Source: an uncultured bacterium (GTDB lineage: Bacteria; Omnitrophota; Omnitrophia; Omnitrophales; Aquincolibacteriaceae). From it: 64,000 bases of DNA. The stretch lies in contig CAYZYT010000006.1 of the NCBI GenBank assembly GCA_964482725.1, positions 19,777 to 83,776 on the forward strand. The letters are read 5' to 3'. The stretch's first letter is position 1. The number at the start of each line of letters is the position of its first letter. A program made the position numbers and the translations under genes. Positions 11,222 to 20,936 of this stretch are shown piece by piece. The notes under the pieces were generated by a model. It made no database searches. It was not told where the DNA came from and saw only the letters and a list, made by a program, of their open reading frames with translations.

Positions 11222-12736
11222 TTAAGCGTCAAAAAGGCTGACGGTGGAAAAGTCGGTGTCACTGGTGACATTGATCCCGAGCCGCTTCAGCCCCTTGTCA
11301 TCCCCCGAAGTCGGGATATGGGTCATATGGGCTTCGCAACCGCTCAACTCCTTGAGTTTTGCCATAGCGGCCTCAGCTGAGGGATTGGTGGCAGCACTAA
11401 TGCTCAGGGCCACCAAGATCTCATCCAGGTTCAGACTGACGGCGTGAAATCCCATGATATCCTGTTTGAGACGTCCGATAGATTCAATCACCCCGAGCGA
11501 CAAAAGATGGATACTGTCGGGAATGCCGGCAAGTTTCTTGACGGCATTCAGCACAAGGCTCGAGGCCGCGTGCATGAGCGGCGTATTTTTCCCGGTCACG
11601 ATCGATCCATCATGAAGTTCGATCGCCGCACCGCAACAAATCCCTTTATTGCCCTCACCGAGACGGAGCGATTCCCGGGACATTTCCCGCGCAGGGAGCA
11701 CCACGCGCCGGTCATCGCTTTTCGCGTCCAGCTCCTTCATCAAAAGTTCTGTCCTTTGCGCTGCTTCTTTTTCCACGTAGCCCATGACGTATTCGCAGGA
11801 ATAACGGAAATACCGCGAGATCACTTCCTGGACGGCAGCCTTGCGAACGATCTCGTCATCCACGATCCCAAAACCGGCACAGTTAACGCCCATGTCCGTC
11901 GGCGATTTATAGACCGAGCGATTCCCCATGATCTTCTTGAGGATCCTCTGAACCACCGGAAAGATCTCAAGATCGCGATTGTAGTTTACCGTGGTCTTGT
12001 GATGGGCCTCCAGGTGGAACGAATCGATCATGTTGACGTCCCCCAGATCCGCAGTCGCCGCTTCGTAGGCAATGTTCACGGGATGCTTGAGCGGCAGGTT
12101 CCAGATCGGAAAGGTCTCGAACTTCGAATAACCGCTTTCAAGGCCTTTCACATGATCATGATAAATCTGGGAAAGACAGGTCCCCAGTTTGCCGCTGCCG
12201 GGCCCAGGTCCCGTCACGATCACGATCGGATTTTTTGTCTCGATATGCTCGTTAGCGCCATACCCCTCCGGGCTCACGATCATTTCCACATCGGTAGGAT
12301 ACCCTTTGGTAAACCGGTGCGTATAGACACGAACACCGCGCCGCTCCAGTTTATTCTTAAAAATCTTGGCCGCAGGCTGCTCGGTAAATCGCGTGATCAC
12401 CACCGCCGTGACCCTCAACCCCCATGTCTTCAGATCATCGATCAGCTTGAAAGCATCCGCATCATAGGTAATCCCGAAATCCGCGCGAAGCTTCCGCCGC
12501 TCAATGGCCCCGGCATGGATGCAAAGGATGATGTCGATCTTGTCCTTCAGTTTTTGGAGGAGCCGCATCTTGACGTTGGGATCATATCCGGGCAGGACGC
12601 GCGCGGCATGATGATCGAAAAGCAATTTTCCGCCGAACTCGATATAAAGTTTGTTGCTGTATTTTTTGACCCGCTTGAGAATGGCTTCCGACTGTTCCTT
12701 CAGATATTTGTCGTTATCAAAACCTGTTTTTTTCAT
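11222..12736 (-). CDS. DUF1846 (UPF0371) protein
   Basis: KLYIEFGGKL.FDHHAARVLPG, TGPGPGSGKLGTCLSQ, YSKFETFPIWNLPLKHPVN, YKSPTDMGVN. Confidence 0.88.
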   Translation of the reverse strand: MKKTGFDNDKYLKEQSEAILKRVKKYSNKLYIEFGGKLLFDHHAARVLPGYDPNVKMRLLQKLKDKIDIILCIHAGAIERRKLRADFGITYDADAFKLIDDLKTWGLRVTAVVITRFTEQPAAKIFKNKLERRGVRVYTHRFTKGYPTDVEMIVSPEGYGANEHIETKNPIVIVTGPGPGSGKLGTCLSQIYHDHVKGLESGYSKFETFPIWNLPLKHPVNIAYEAATADLGDVNMIDSFHLEAHHKTTVNYNRDLEIFPVVQRILKKIMGNRSVYKSPTDMGVNCAGFGIVDDEIVRKAAVQEVISRYFRYSCEYVMGYVEKEAAQRTELLMKELDAKSDDRRVVLPAREMSRESLRLGEGNKGICCGAAIELHDGSIVTGKNTPLMHAASSLVLNAVKKLAGIPDSIHLLSLGVIESIGRLKQDIMGFHAVSLNLDEILVALSISAATNPSAEAAMAKLKELSGCEAHMTHIPTSGDDKGLKRLGINVTSDTDFSTVSLFDA

Positions 12737-12889
12737 AAATCAAACCCCTCCCCTTGCGCGGCATCATTGCCTTGTGATTTCTTGCGGGATCGATATTTGG
12801 GACGGGCCCTGATCTCGTTTAAAATTTAAAGGTTATCAGGACCCGCCCTGCCCAACCTTTCAATCTTTATCGAGGACAGGACGGGCTGA

Positions 12890-12898
12890 ATTCTAACA
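12890..12898 (-). promoter_or_regulatory. Extended -10 element upstream of the DUF1846 leader
   Basis: TGtTAGAAT on the minus strand. Confidence 0.45.
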
Positions 12899-12956
12899 CG
12901 CGGGACAAAAAGAAAGAACGGGTTAATTGACCCCCTCAGGGGTTTTCTCCAAGGGA

Positions 12957-13021
12957 GTCATCCTGAGCCCTGCGAAGGATCTGAGCTTGAGATTTTTCAC
13001 CGCTTCGAGGTTCAGAATGAC
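12957..13021. repeat. GTCAT...ATGAC-bounded REP-like doublet, second sub-family
   Basis: GTCATCCTGAGCCCTGCGAAGGATCT-gagcttg-AGATTTTTCACCGCTTCGAGGTTCAGAATGAC; imperfect inverted repeat. Confidence 0.65.
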
Positions 13022-13046
13022 GCGACCGGGGTTTTCCAGCGACCTG

Positions 13047-13910
13047 TTAAGCGCCGATGCCGGGCTCGTAGCCGGAAAGCATAGCGACCACTTCCCCGAG
13101 AACGGGGACCTTGACCTTCATCACGAGCGGAATGCGACGCTCGTCCAGGCTCATCCAGCCACGGACTTTTCCGCGACGGACAAAAAAACCTTCGAACAAA
13201 ATGATCGGCTCGACTTCGACCGCCTGAAAAACACCCACATCCTCGATCTTCATTTCCTTAATGCCATGCGTAACAACTTCAAGGTCCCAGTTCTTTTCAT
13301 CCGCATTGACCGGGATCAGGGTCTTGGAATCGGGTTTTAGATCCTGCATCCGGAGCCAATAGCAGCAAGAGATCTGGTCCTGGACGTTCTGCGGGACGAA
13401 CATTTCCTTCCGGCTGTTGTCCTTGCGGGAATAAAATCGGCCGACATGCTCGTCCTGGTTATATTCCATCGACTCGTCCGTCCAGTAACTTCCCTCTTTG
13501 ATCTTTTTTTCGTAACGAAGAGAATGAAAATGCTCAGCATCGATATAGGTGTGATGCGTGTCCCGAACCTTGTAGATCCAGTCGAGGATCGCGCGAGACC
13601 GGACGTTGATCTCGATATGATAAGCATCGCGCCCGTTCACTTTCACAAGTCCTTTGACTTCGGCCTCCGCCTCCCCCACCGTGATCCCGAGATAACTGAC
13701 TTCAAACTTTATTTTCTCTCCGAGAAAGATCTTCGCCGCGGGTTTTTCAGAGGCTGGGAAAATTTTTTCCGGCTCGGGGGCGGAAAACCCCATGGGGATC
13801 AAGACCAGCATAAACATTGTCATTCCCGCGAAAGCGGGGATCCAGAATCTGGATCCCCGATAGAAGATTTCGGGGATGACGCATTTTCGGCAAAGACAAA
13901 ACTTTCGCAT
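13047..13910 (-). CDS. DUF3108-like exported protein (start likely ATG 13910; alternatives at about 13823-13811)
   Basis: GEKIKFEVSYLGITVGEA, YKVRD, QDQISC.YWLR, WMSLDERRIPL pattern; signal-peptide-like N-terminus interrupted by a repeat. Confidence 0.65.
   Translation of the reverse strand: MRKFCLCRKCVIPEIFYRGSRFWIPAFAGMTMFMLVLIPMGFSAPEPEKIFPASEKPAAKIFLGEKIKFEVSYLGITVGEAEAEVKGLVKVNGRDAYHIEINVRSRAILDWIYKVRDTHHTYIDAEHFHSLRYEKKIKEGSYWTDESMEYNQDEHVGRFYSRKDNSRKEMFVPQNVQDQISCCYWLRMQDLKPDSKTLIPVNADEKNWDLEVVTHGIKEMKIEDVGVFQAVEVEPIILFEGFFVRRGKVRGWMSLDERRIPLVMKVKVPVLGEVVAMLSGYEPGIGA
13819..13880. repeat. REP-like A+B hairpin doublet (gene-less copy), inside the DUF3108 5' end
   Basis: GTCATTCCCGCGAAAGCGGGGATCCAG-aat-CTGGATCCCCGATAGAAGATTTCGGGGATGAC. 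Confidence 0.85.
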
Positions 13911-13914
13911 ATTT

Positions 13915-14664
13915 TTAATTCCGGATAGTTCCGTCAAGACCAACCACGACCCTCTTAACGGGAAGATGGGTTCCGGAAAGCTCGACCGCTTCCTGGACCA
14001 TACGAAAGAGGCCGGTGCAGCACGGCACTTCCATGATCACCACGGTCAGCGAATAAACTGTGTTGTTCTTGAGAAGTTCCGCGATCTTCTCGACATAACC
14101 CCCGGTCTCATCGAGCTTGGGACACGCGATCGCGAGTCTCTTGCCCTTGAGCATATCCTGATGAAAACTTCCGAGCGCAAAGGCGGTGCAGTCCGCGGCG
14201 ATCAAAAGATCACATTCCTTAAAATAGGGCGCAACCGGTGAGATCAAATGCAGCTGGATCGGCCACTGGCTGAGCTCCGAGGGGGCGGGACCCGAAAAGC
14301 CTTCCTTTTTTCCGGAGACTTCAGATTTTATCTCACGAGCCATGGACCCCGGACACCCGCCGAAATGCGGCATGCCGTCAGAAGCTCCGTGGACTTTTTT
14401 AGCAGCCTCGAATCCCTGGGTCTTCATGACATGGTGAAAAGCCGCCTTGGCATCATACTCGTCGCTATCCCTTTCGATGATCTTAAGAGCATCGACAGGA
14501 CAAACATTGAGACACGCTCCCATTCCGTCACAAAAAATTTCTTTAACGAGCATGGCTTTTTTTTGTTCATCCAACACCAAAGCGCCTTCTGCACAGGCCT
14601 GGGTACAAAGTCCGCACCCGTTGCATTTTTCCCGGTCGATCTCGATGATCTTACGCTTGGCCAT
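13915..14664 (-). CDS. 4Fe-4S dicluster iron-sulfur protein
   Basis: CNGCGLCTQAC and CDGMGACLNVC; GGCPG, SELSQWPIQLHL, LLIAADC, IACPKLD, MEVPCC. Confidence 0.8.
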   Translation of the reverse strand: MAKRKIIEIDREKCNGCGLCTQACAEGALVLDEQKKAMLVKEIFCDGMGACLNVCPVDALKIIERDSDEYDAKAAFHHVMKTQGFEAAKKVHGASDGMPHFGGCPGSMAREIKSEVSGKKEGFSGPAPSELSQWPIQLHLISPVAPYFKECDLLIAADCTAFALGSFHQDMLKGKRLAIACPKLDETGGYVEKIAELLKNNTVYSLTVVIMEVPCCTGLFRMVQEAVELSGTHLPVKRVVVGLDGTIRN

Positions 14665-14671
14665 AGCTCTC

Positions 14672-15763
14672 TCAGAGGGACTTTTTCTTTATCATTTCCA
14701 TCGCTTCATCGGGCGTCAGGTCTTTCAAACACGCGATCGTCGGACACTGCTTATTGTAACGGAATTTGTAATAACAGGGACGGCATTCGAGGTCCCGTTT
14801 AAAAATGGCGATCGCGTCATGCGAAGGCGGGAACGGTCCGTAGACCTCGGGCGACACGGGACCATAAAACGCAATGAGCGGCACATGGAGCGCGCGCGCC
14901 AAATGCACCAGACCTCCGTCATTCCCGATAAAAAGCGAGGATTTCGTCAGTACCATGGCCGTTTGCGCAAGCCGAGTCTCCCCCGCTAATACAACCGAGG
15001 GCGGCTTGAGCATCGCCTGTAATTCTTCACAAAGCGCCCGCTCGGAGCGGCTGCCCAGGATAGCAACGCCATGAAAGCCCCGCTCCGCCTGAAGCTTTGC
15101 GATCAACTCCGCGAAATATTTCACGGGCCAACGTTTGAAAGCAGCCTCTTTCCCCCAAGAGTCTCCCCCGCCGGGGGCGACCGCGAGAAAACGCTCCGGC
15201 AGAAGCCTGATCTTGTCGGCGACCTCGACTTCGATCAACGACGTGGGCCTGGGGAAATAATATTCCAGAAAACGGTCTTCCACGGGGATTCCGGCCGCTT
15301 CAGCAAGATCACAATAAAAGTCCACGGCATGCCGCTTCCAGAACGCCTCCGGAAGCGGGAAGCGGATATTATGAAACGTTGCGCGTTTTTTGTACGCGAA
15401 TCCCGCGCAGCGCGGAATCCCCAGAAAGAACCGGCCGAAAAAAGCATGCTCGCGCCGGAGCGAATAATCCAGGATCAGGTCATAATGCTTCGCCCGGAGC
15501 TTCCGGCCCAAATCCCAACTGTCGCGAAGATTTTCCAGCCAACTCTGACGATGGGCGCGATCCTTATCCACGACAAAAATATCATCGATGTGAGGATTAT
15601 TTTCCACAACCTCGCGTGTCCGGGACCCCAAAAGCAGATCGACGGTCTCGACCGTCGGGATGAGGCGCAACGCGCGCATCACCGGCGTCACAAAAAGAAG
15701 ATCCCCGATCCCATACGGATGCACGATCAAAATGCGTCTTAAGGTTCTCATACCTCGCTTCAC
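14672..15763 (-). CDS. GT9 heptosyltransferase-family glycosyltransferase
   Basis: GIGDLLFVTP, NNPHID, KRWP, FIGNDGGLVHLA, FYGP, LECRPC. Confidence 0.88.
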   Translation of the reverse strand: MKRGMRTLRRILIVHPYGIGDLLFVTPVMRALRLIPTVETVDLLLGSRTREVVENNPHIDDIFVVDKDRAHRQSWLENLRDSWDLGRKLRAKHYDLILDYSLRREHAFFGRFFLGIPRCAGFAYKKRATFHNIRFPLPEAFWKRHAVDFYCDLAEAAGIPVEDRFLEYYFPRPTSLIEVEVADKIRLLPERFLAVAPGGGDSWGKEAAFKRWPVKYFAELIAKLQAERGFHGVAILGSRSERALCEELQAMLKPPSVVLAGETRLAQTAMVLTKSSLFIGNDGGLVHLARALHVPLIAFYGPVSPEVYGPFPPSHDAIAIFKRDLECRPCYYKFRYNKQCPTIACLKDLTPDEAMEMIKKKSL

Positions 15764-16812
15764 TCCTTCTCTTTTTTAGAGAGGATAAGATCTTTTGCCG
15801 CACGATACACATCCTCCACCGCGATCTCATCGATATAGGTGAACTTCCGCTCGGCTGCGGGAACATGGGAAACATCTTTCGCGACTACGCGCGAGTTCTT
15901 CCCCAACGGTTGCCACCGTTGGGGCCCGAGGCCCGCTTCATACCTCCCAAAAATGGAAACCACCGGCGTGCCGACCGCCGTCGCGATATGGACAGGCCCG
16001 GAGTCATTGGAAACCAGCAAGGCCGATCTCTTCAAAAGCGCGCCCAGTTGCCCCAGCGAAAGCTTTCCACTCAGGTCAAAGATCGGAACGGGGGTGTGTT
16101 TTATCAGCTTTTGAATGATGGGTCGATCTTTGGCAGTTCCGATCGCGAGAAAGACGCTGGGATGATCTTTTTGGATCCGCGTCACAAGCTCGGCAAAGCG
16201 CTCCGAAGGCCACATTTTGGTCCCATCGCTCGCTGAAGGATTCAAAACGATCCACGGAAGATCGCAAGGGATTTTATGGAAGAGGCGCAAGGACTCGAAA
16301 GACCGAACGGATCGATCCGGGACAGGGAAAAAGGTCGCGATCTCTTGCGGCGGATTCACCCCCAGAAGACCCAGGAGTTCGAAAAGATATTCGGCCTCCT
16401 GTTTTTTTCCTTCTTTTTTATTGTAAGCGTACGCATGCGTCAGCGCCCAAGGCGCGCGGCGATCATAGCCGATACGCACGGGGATCCCCGCGAGCCACGC
16501 CGCCAAGTGCATCCGGTTCGTGCCGTGGGCGTGGACCACCGCATCGAATTTTTTGCTCCGGAGTTTTTGGCTGAAACAGCCTTGTCCCCAAAGCCCTCGT
16601 TCCTTCCCTTTTTTGTCATAGAGGATCACTTCATCAAGAAAGGGATTCCCCTGAACGATCTCGCGATGTTCGAGGAACACCCCCATTGCGATCCAGGCCT
16701 TCGGGAATTTTTCGCGTAAGGCTTTTAAAAGCGGTGTGGTGAGGACCAGATCCCCGATGCGATCTGTCCGCGTTATGAGAAAACGTGGGGCGTCAGGCAG
16801 CTTGAGCGGCAT
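15760..16812 (-). CDS. GT9 heptosyltransferase-family glycosyltransferase
   Basis: RTDRIGDLVLTTP, NPFLDEV, KMWP, VSNDSGPVHIA. Confidence 0.9.
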   Translation of the reverse strand: MPLKLPDAPRFLITRTDRIGDLVLTTPLLKALREKFPKAWIAMGVFLEHREIVQGNPFLDEVILYDKKGKERGLWGQGCFSQKLRSKKFDAVVHAHGTNRMHLAAWLAGIPVRIGYDRRAPWALTHAYAYNKKEGKKQEAEYLFELLGLLGVNPPQEIATFFPVPDRSVRSFESLRLFHKIPCDLPWIVLNPSASDGTKMWPSERFAELVTRIQKDHPSVFLAIGTAKDRPIIQKLIKHTPVPIFDLSGKLSLGQLGALLKRSALLVSNDSGPVHIATAVGTPVVSIFGRYEAGLGPQRWQPLGKNSRVVAKDVSHVPAAERKFTYIDEIAVEDVYRAAKDLILSKKEKE

Positions 16813-17755
16813 TCAGAAGCTCCAGAGAAAGCTCGACCACTTTTTCCGGTTTGAGTCCATGGAAGCAACTCCGCTCGGAAGGGATCAGTTTTTCGGATCC
16901 GCAGGCACAGGTTTGAGCCTCTCCCCGCGCGATGCGGAATTTCGGACCCGCGTGGCCGTACTTCTCATGGTCCGTGGGGCCAAAGATCCCGACGGTCGGC
17001 GTGCCCAATTCGAACCCAAGATGCATGATCGCGCTATCGTTGGCGAGTACAAGCGACGCGTTCGCGATAAGCGCCACCGTCTCGGGCAAAACCAGATCCC
17101 CGCAAAGCACTCCGACGATCCCGGAAAGTTCCGCCCGGATGCTGTCGGCCACCGGCCTTTCCTCCAGAGTTCCCACCAAAAGGATCTTCTTCCCGGTCTT
17201 CTCGTGAAGCGCCCGGATCACTTCTTTAAAATCCCGAACCGGCCATCGCTTCCGCTCGCTAGCGGCCCCGGCCGCCACGAGGATCCATCCGCTCTTTTCC
17301 TGGATCCCTGCCACTTCCAGAGCGCGCATTGCAAACACCTCATCCGCTTTGTTGAAGAAATGAAAAAGAGAGGGGGCCGGGATATCCGGTTCCACGGTCG
17401 CAAGCATTTCGAAATGGCGGTCCCGCATATTGACCTTGGAGAATTTCCTGAAGAGAGGCGTCCGCTTCTTGCAGGAGACCAGGAACGGGATCATGGTATT
17501 CCGGAGATCTACTACAAGGTCATATTTTGCCTTGCGAAGTTCCAAAATGAATTTCACCTTTTGCCAAAAGGTAGCTTTCTTGTCATAGATCACGATCTTG
17601 TGGATGTCGGGACTTCGCTGGAGCACACTCCGCGCACGCGGCCCCACCACCACCGTGAGGCGCGCCTCAGGGTATTTCTGGACAAGCGCCATGATGACCG
17701 GCGTCGTGAGAATGACATCGCCGAAATTACTAAGCGTCACCACAAGGATATTCAT
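16793..17755 (-). CDS. GT9 heptosyltransferase-family glycosyltransferase
   Basis: LSNFGDVILTTP, KRWP, ANDSAIMHL, IFGPTD. Confidence 0.9.
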   Translation of the reverse strand: MNILVVTLSNFGDVILTTPVIMALVQKYPEARLTVVVGPRARSVLQRSPDIHKIVIYDKKATFWQKVKFILELRKAKYDLVVDLRNTMIPFLVSCKKRTPLFRKFSKVNMRDRHFEMLATVEPDIPAPSLFHFFNKADEVFAMRALEVAGIQEKSGWILVAAGAASERKRWPVRDFKEVIRALHEKTGKKILLVGTLEERPVADSIRAELSGIVGVLCGDLVLPETVALIANASLVLANDSAIMHLGFELGTPTVGIFGPTDHEKYGHAGPKFRIARGEAQTCACGSEKLIPSERSCFHGLKPEKVVELSLELLNAAQAA

Positions 17756-18834
17756 GCTTTTCTCAAGATCCTTTCGACCGCATCCAAAACCTCTTCCGGA
17801 GCGATCCGGGAGAGCCAGCCTTCGTCGGGAATGTCTTTACCGAAAAACGGGACTGAATAACCCGGCGGGACATATTGTAACACGATGCTTTCGCCGATCC
17901 CACGGGGTCCGGTGAGCTTCGGATCGGTCGGGCCAAAAAGGGCGATGACCGGAGCGCCGACGCCGGAGGCGATATGCATGGGCCCGGAATCCCCCGTCAC
18001 GAGGCACGCCGCCTGCTGGTAGATCGCGGCGGAGACACGGAGTCCCGTCTTCCCGACCAAGGAAATGATCTTCGCAAGACGAACCTTTGAGATAAATTCC
18101 TCGAAGAGAACCTGATCGTTCCGAGAACCCGTCACCACGATGGGGCATTTCCATTTCTCCTGGATCTTCTCCGCGAGCGCCGCAAAATGCCCGGCCGGCC
18201 AGCGCTTTGGCTCCCAGTTCGCTCCCAGATGAAAACAAATGTATTTGTCATTATTTTGGATGCCGTGTGCCCCGAGGATCTCACGCGCCGCTTGCGCGTC
18301 CTCTTCCTTATAAAAGAAACGGTACTCCTTTTCCGCCGGAAGTTCGAACCCGGCCTCCTTCATCAGATTGAAAAAATAATCCAGCTGGTGCATCGGCCGC
18401 GCGGGCTCTTCGATCGCCTGCGTCAAAAACAATTTCCGCCCTTTTCCGTAACCGGTGCGTTCCTTGACCCCGGCAAGCGCGAGGAAGATCGCGCGGGATC
18501 GGGAACGGTGAAAAAGATAACCCCGGTCCCAGGGCCCGCGCCTCCTCAGCTCCAGAAGGAATCGCATTCTCGCAAGCCAGGTGCGGTGTGTGCTTTTCTC
18601 GTCAAAGCTCAAAAAATCCGAAACCGCAGGATGCGCTTCCAGGATCTCCCGGCACCGCTCGGGTGCGATGCAAGTGATCGACGCCCCAGGATATTTTTGT
18701 TTGATCCGATCAAGCGCGGGCATCTGGAAAAGCAGGTCCCCGAGCCAGTTTTTCATCACGACAACGATCTTAGGGGACACGCCTTGAGGGAGGACCTGCC
18801 CTCCGCGAAGGGATCCGTTTTTAGCGGAGTTCAT
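17752..18834 (-). CDS. waaF: Heptosyltransferase II-like (GT9); start reassigned to ATG 18834 (ATGA overlap)
   Basis: NWLGDLL, PKRWP, VTGDSGPMHIA, LFGPTDP. Confidence 0.75.
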   Translation of the reverse strand: MNSAKNGSLRGGQVLPQGVSPKIVVVMKNWLGDLLFQMPALDRIKQKYPGASITCIAPERCREILEAHPAVSDFLSFDEKSTHRTWLARMRFLLELRRRGPWDRGYLFHRSRSRAIFLALAGVKERTGYGKGRKLFLTQAIEEPARPMHQLDYFFNLMKEAGFELPAEKEYRFFYKEEDAQAAREILGAHGIQNNDKYICFHLGANWEPKRWPAGHFAALAEKIQEKWKCPIVVTGSRNDQVLFEEFISKVRLAKIISLVGKTGLRVSAAIYQQAACLVTGDSGPMHIASGVGAPVIALFGPTDPKLTGPRGIGESIVLQYVPPGYSVPFFGKDIPDEGWLSRIAPEEVLDAVERILRKA

Positions 18835-20927
18835 AAGCTGAGCACCCTTTGGCAATGTTCGAACACTTCTTCCACGGAAATATGCGAGAGACAAGCCTTC
18901 GGTTCTTTCGCTTTACAGGTCCCCTCGTAGCAGGGCTGGCAGGAAAGGTGATGCGAAAGCACGTCGATCTTTTTCCCCGGAGGGACATGACGCTTGGCGT
19001 CCGTCGGTCCGAACAAGGCCACGATTGGAACATTCATCGCCGCGGCCATATGAAGCGGCGCGGTATCCCCGGTCACGACTAAATGGAATTGTTTGAAAAA
19101 AGCCGGCAATTCCTCCAACTCGGTTTTGCCGATAAGGTCGAGGATCTTACCGGCCCCGAAGGAGTAAAAAGGTTGCCCGAGATCCGCTTCGTCAGGAGAA
19201 CCGATCAGGACGATCCGTGCGTCATATTTCTCGAGCAGCCGCTTGGCCAGAGCGACAAAATGCTCCGCGGGCCAGCGCTTGCTCGGCCAGTTCGGGCTGG
19301 ACCCCATGACAAACCCGATGATCCGTGTGGATTCTCCGGGTTCGAGGGTCTGCATCCTCTGTTGCGCTTTTTCAAGACTCTCGGGTTTCGGCCATAGCTC
19401 CAGCGTATCGTCGAATTTGATGACCCCGGCCTTGGACAGCACGCGAAATTGATGGCGAAGAGGCGAATCGCCGACCTCGAAAGTCCTGTCGGGCCGGTTC
19501 AGAAGCCATCCCCATCTCCCGCGCGCAAAACCGAAACGCTGGACCGCCCCGCCCAGATACGCCAGAAGATGCGTCCATTTGTTATTGTGAAGATCGACCG
19601 ACATATCGAAACCTTCCCGGCGGACGCGTCGCGCGGTCTTTAAAAGATAAAAAATGTTCGAAAGCTTTTTCCGTTCCACCAGGATCATGTCATCCAGGTA
19701 CGGACAGGCGGAAACGATCGGGGCGAGCTTGCGATCGACCAGGAGCGTGATCGCGGCGTCGGGAAAACGTTCCTTGAGCATTCGAAGACTCGGCACGACC
19801 AGGATGAGATCCCCCATCGCCCCCAGTTTGATCACGAGGATCCTTCGCCGCTTACGGACTTCCTGGTAGACCTCGAGCGTTTTCCGGACCATCTGTTCCA
19901 GGTTGAATTTCTCCTCCACTTTTTTCCGCAGTTTCACCGCAAATGCCTTCGCCTTATCCCGGTCCGTCAAAAGCTCGTACATCGCCTCGGCCATCGCGGG
20001 GATATTCCTCGGGGGGAAAAGCAATCCATTCTCATTGTGATCCAGGATGTCCGGCACGCCACCCAGCCAGGTCGCAGCCACAGGGGTCCCCACAGCGCCC
20101 GCCTCAATGATCACACGCCCGAAAGGTTCCGGGATGAGCGAGGAAAGCACCAAAAGATCGGACTCGGCCAAAAGCCCCGCGACATCACGCGTCGGCGGCA
20201 GGATCTTGACGCAGGATTCGAGTCCAAACTGATGGACCGTTTTTTTCATCAGGTCCGTGTAGCGGTGTTTGCCGCGGCCTTCGGAGCCAACGATCCACAC
20301 TTCAAAATGGGAGAGCCGGCTGCGCAATAAATGAATGGCTTTGAGAAATTCCACCTGGCCTTTGGCCGGGGAGAACCGTCCGATATGGATGATCCGCATC
20401 GGTCCTTTGTGTTTTTCGAATTTCGCAAAAGAGAAAGTGAATTGTGAAAGATCGACGCCGCGAGGGATCAATCGAATGCGGTCCGGAGGAACATTGAACT
20501 CGTCGATCATCCTCCGGCCGATCGCATGTGACGCCACGATCACGCGCTTCCCCCACCCCATAACATAGCTCATCGGATGAACGGAATAATGCCCGTGACA
20601 GGTGGTGATAAAGGGAATACCGGTCTTGCGCGCCGCGAGCCATCCGAGCCAGGCTGGGACGCGGCTGCGGGCGTGAATAATATCCACGCGTTCCCGCTGG
20701 ATGATCTTCACAAGCTCTTCCACCAGGAATAATCCGGCAAGCGATTTCTGGTGAACAGGCAGGCCGTAATGCGGGATCCCGATCTTCTGAAGCTCGGCCA
20801 CAAGCGATCCGCCGGAGGAAACGACCAGCGTTGCGTGTCCTTCTTTTTTCATGGCACGGGCCAGGTCCACCACCCCGCGTTCGGTCCCTCCGAGCTCAAG
20901 CGCCGGCAAAAGCTGCATTACTTTCAT
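18831..20927 (-). CDS. Fused GT4 glycosyltransferase + GT9 heptosyltransferase
   Basis: N-half GGTERG, HARSRVPAW, EPFGRVIIEA; C-half KLGAMGDLIL, KRWP, VTGDTAPLHMA, CQPC. Confidence 0.85.
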   Translation of the reverse strand: MKVMQLLPALELGGTERGVVDLARAMKKEGHATLVVSSGGSLVAELQKIGIPHYGLPVHQKSLAGLFLVEELVKIIQRERVDIIHARSRVPAWLGWLAARKTGIPFITTCHGHYSVHPMSYVMGWGKRVIVASHAIGRRMIDEFNVPPDRIRLIPRGVDLSQFTFSFAKFEKHKGPMRIIHIGRFSPAKGQVEFLKAIHLLRSRLSHFEVWIVGSEGRGKHRYTDLMKKTVHQFGLESCVKILPPTRDVAGLLAESDLLVLSSLIPEPFGRVIIEAGAVGTPVAATWLGGVPDILDHNENGLLFPPRNIPAMAEAMYELLTDRDKAKAFAVKLRKKVEEKFNLEQMVRKTLEVYQEVRKRRRILVIKLGAMGDLILVVPSLRMLKERFPDAAITLLVDRKLAPIVSACPYLDDMILVERKKLSNIFYLLKTARRVRREGFDMSVDLHNNKWTHLLAYLGGAVQRFGFARGRWGWLLNRPDRTFEVGDSPLRHQFRVLSKAGVIKFDDTLELWPKPESLEKAQQRMQTLEPGESTRIIGFVMGSSPNWPSKRWPAEHFVALAKRLLEKYDARIVLIGSPDEADLGQPFYSFGAGKILDLIGKTELEELPAFFKQFHLVVTGDTAPLHMAAAMNVPIVALFGPTDAKRHVPPGKKIDVLSHHLSCQPCYEGTCKAKEPKACLSHISVEEVFEHCQRVLSL

Positions 20928-20936
20928 AGAATCGTT

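Noticed and set aside
18786-18831. Possible decayed TCCGC..GCGGA repeat in the waaF N-terminal extension
   Set aside because: Too degenerate, and no clear second copy in the window.
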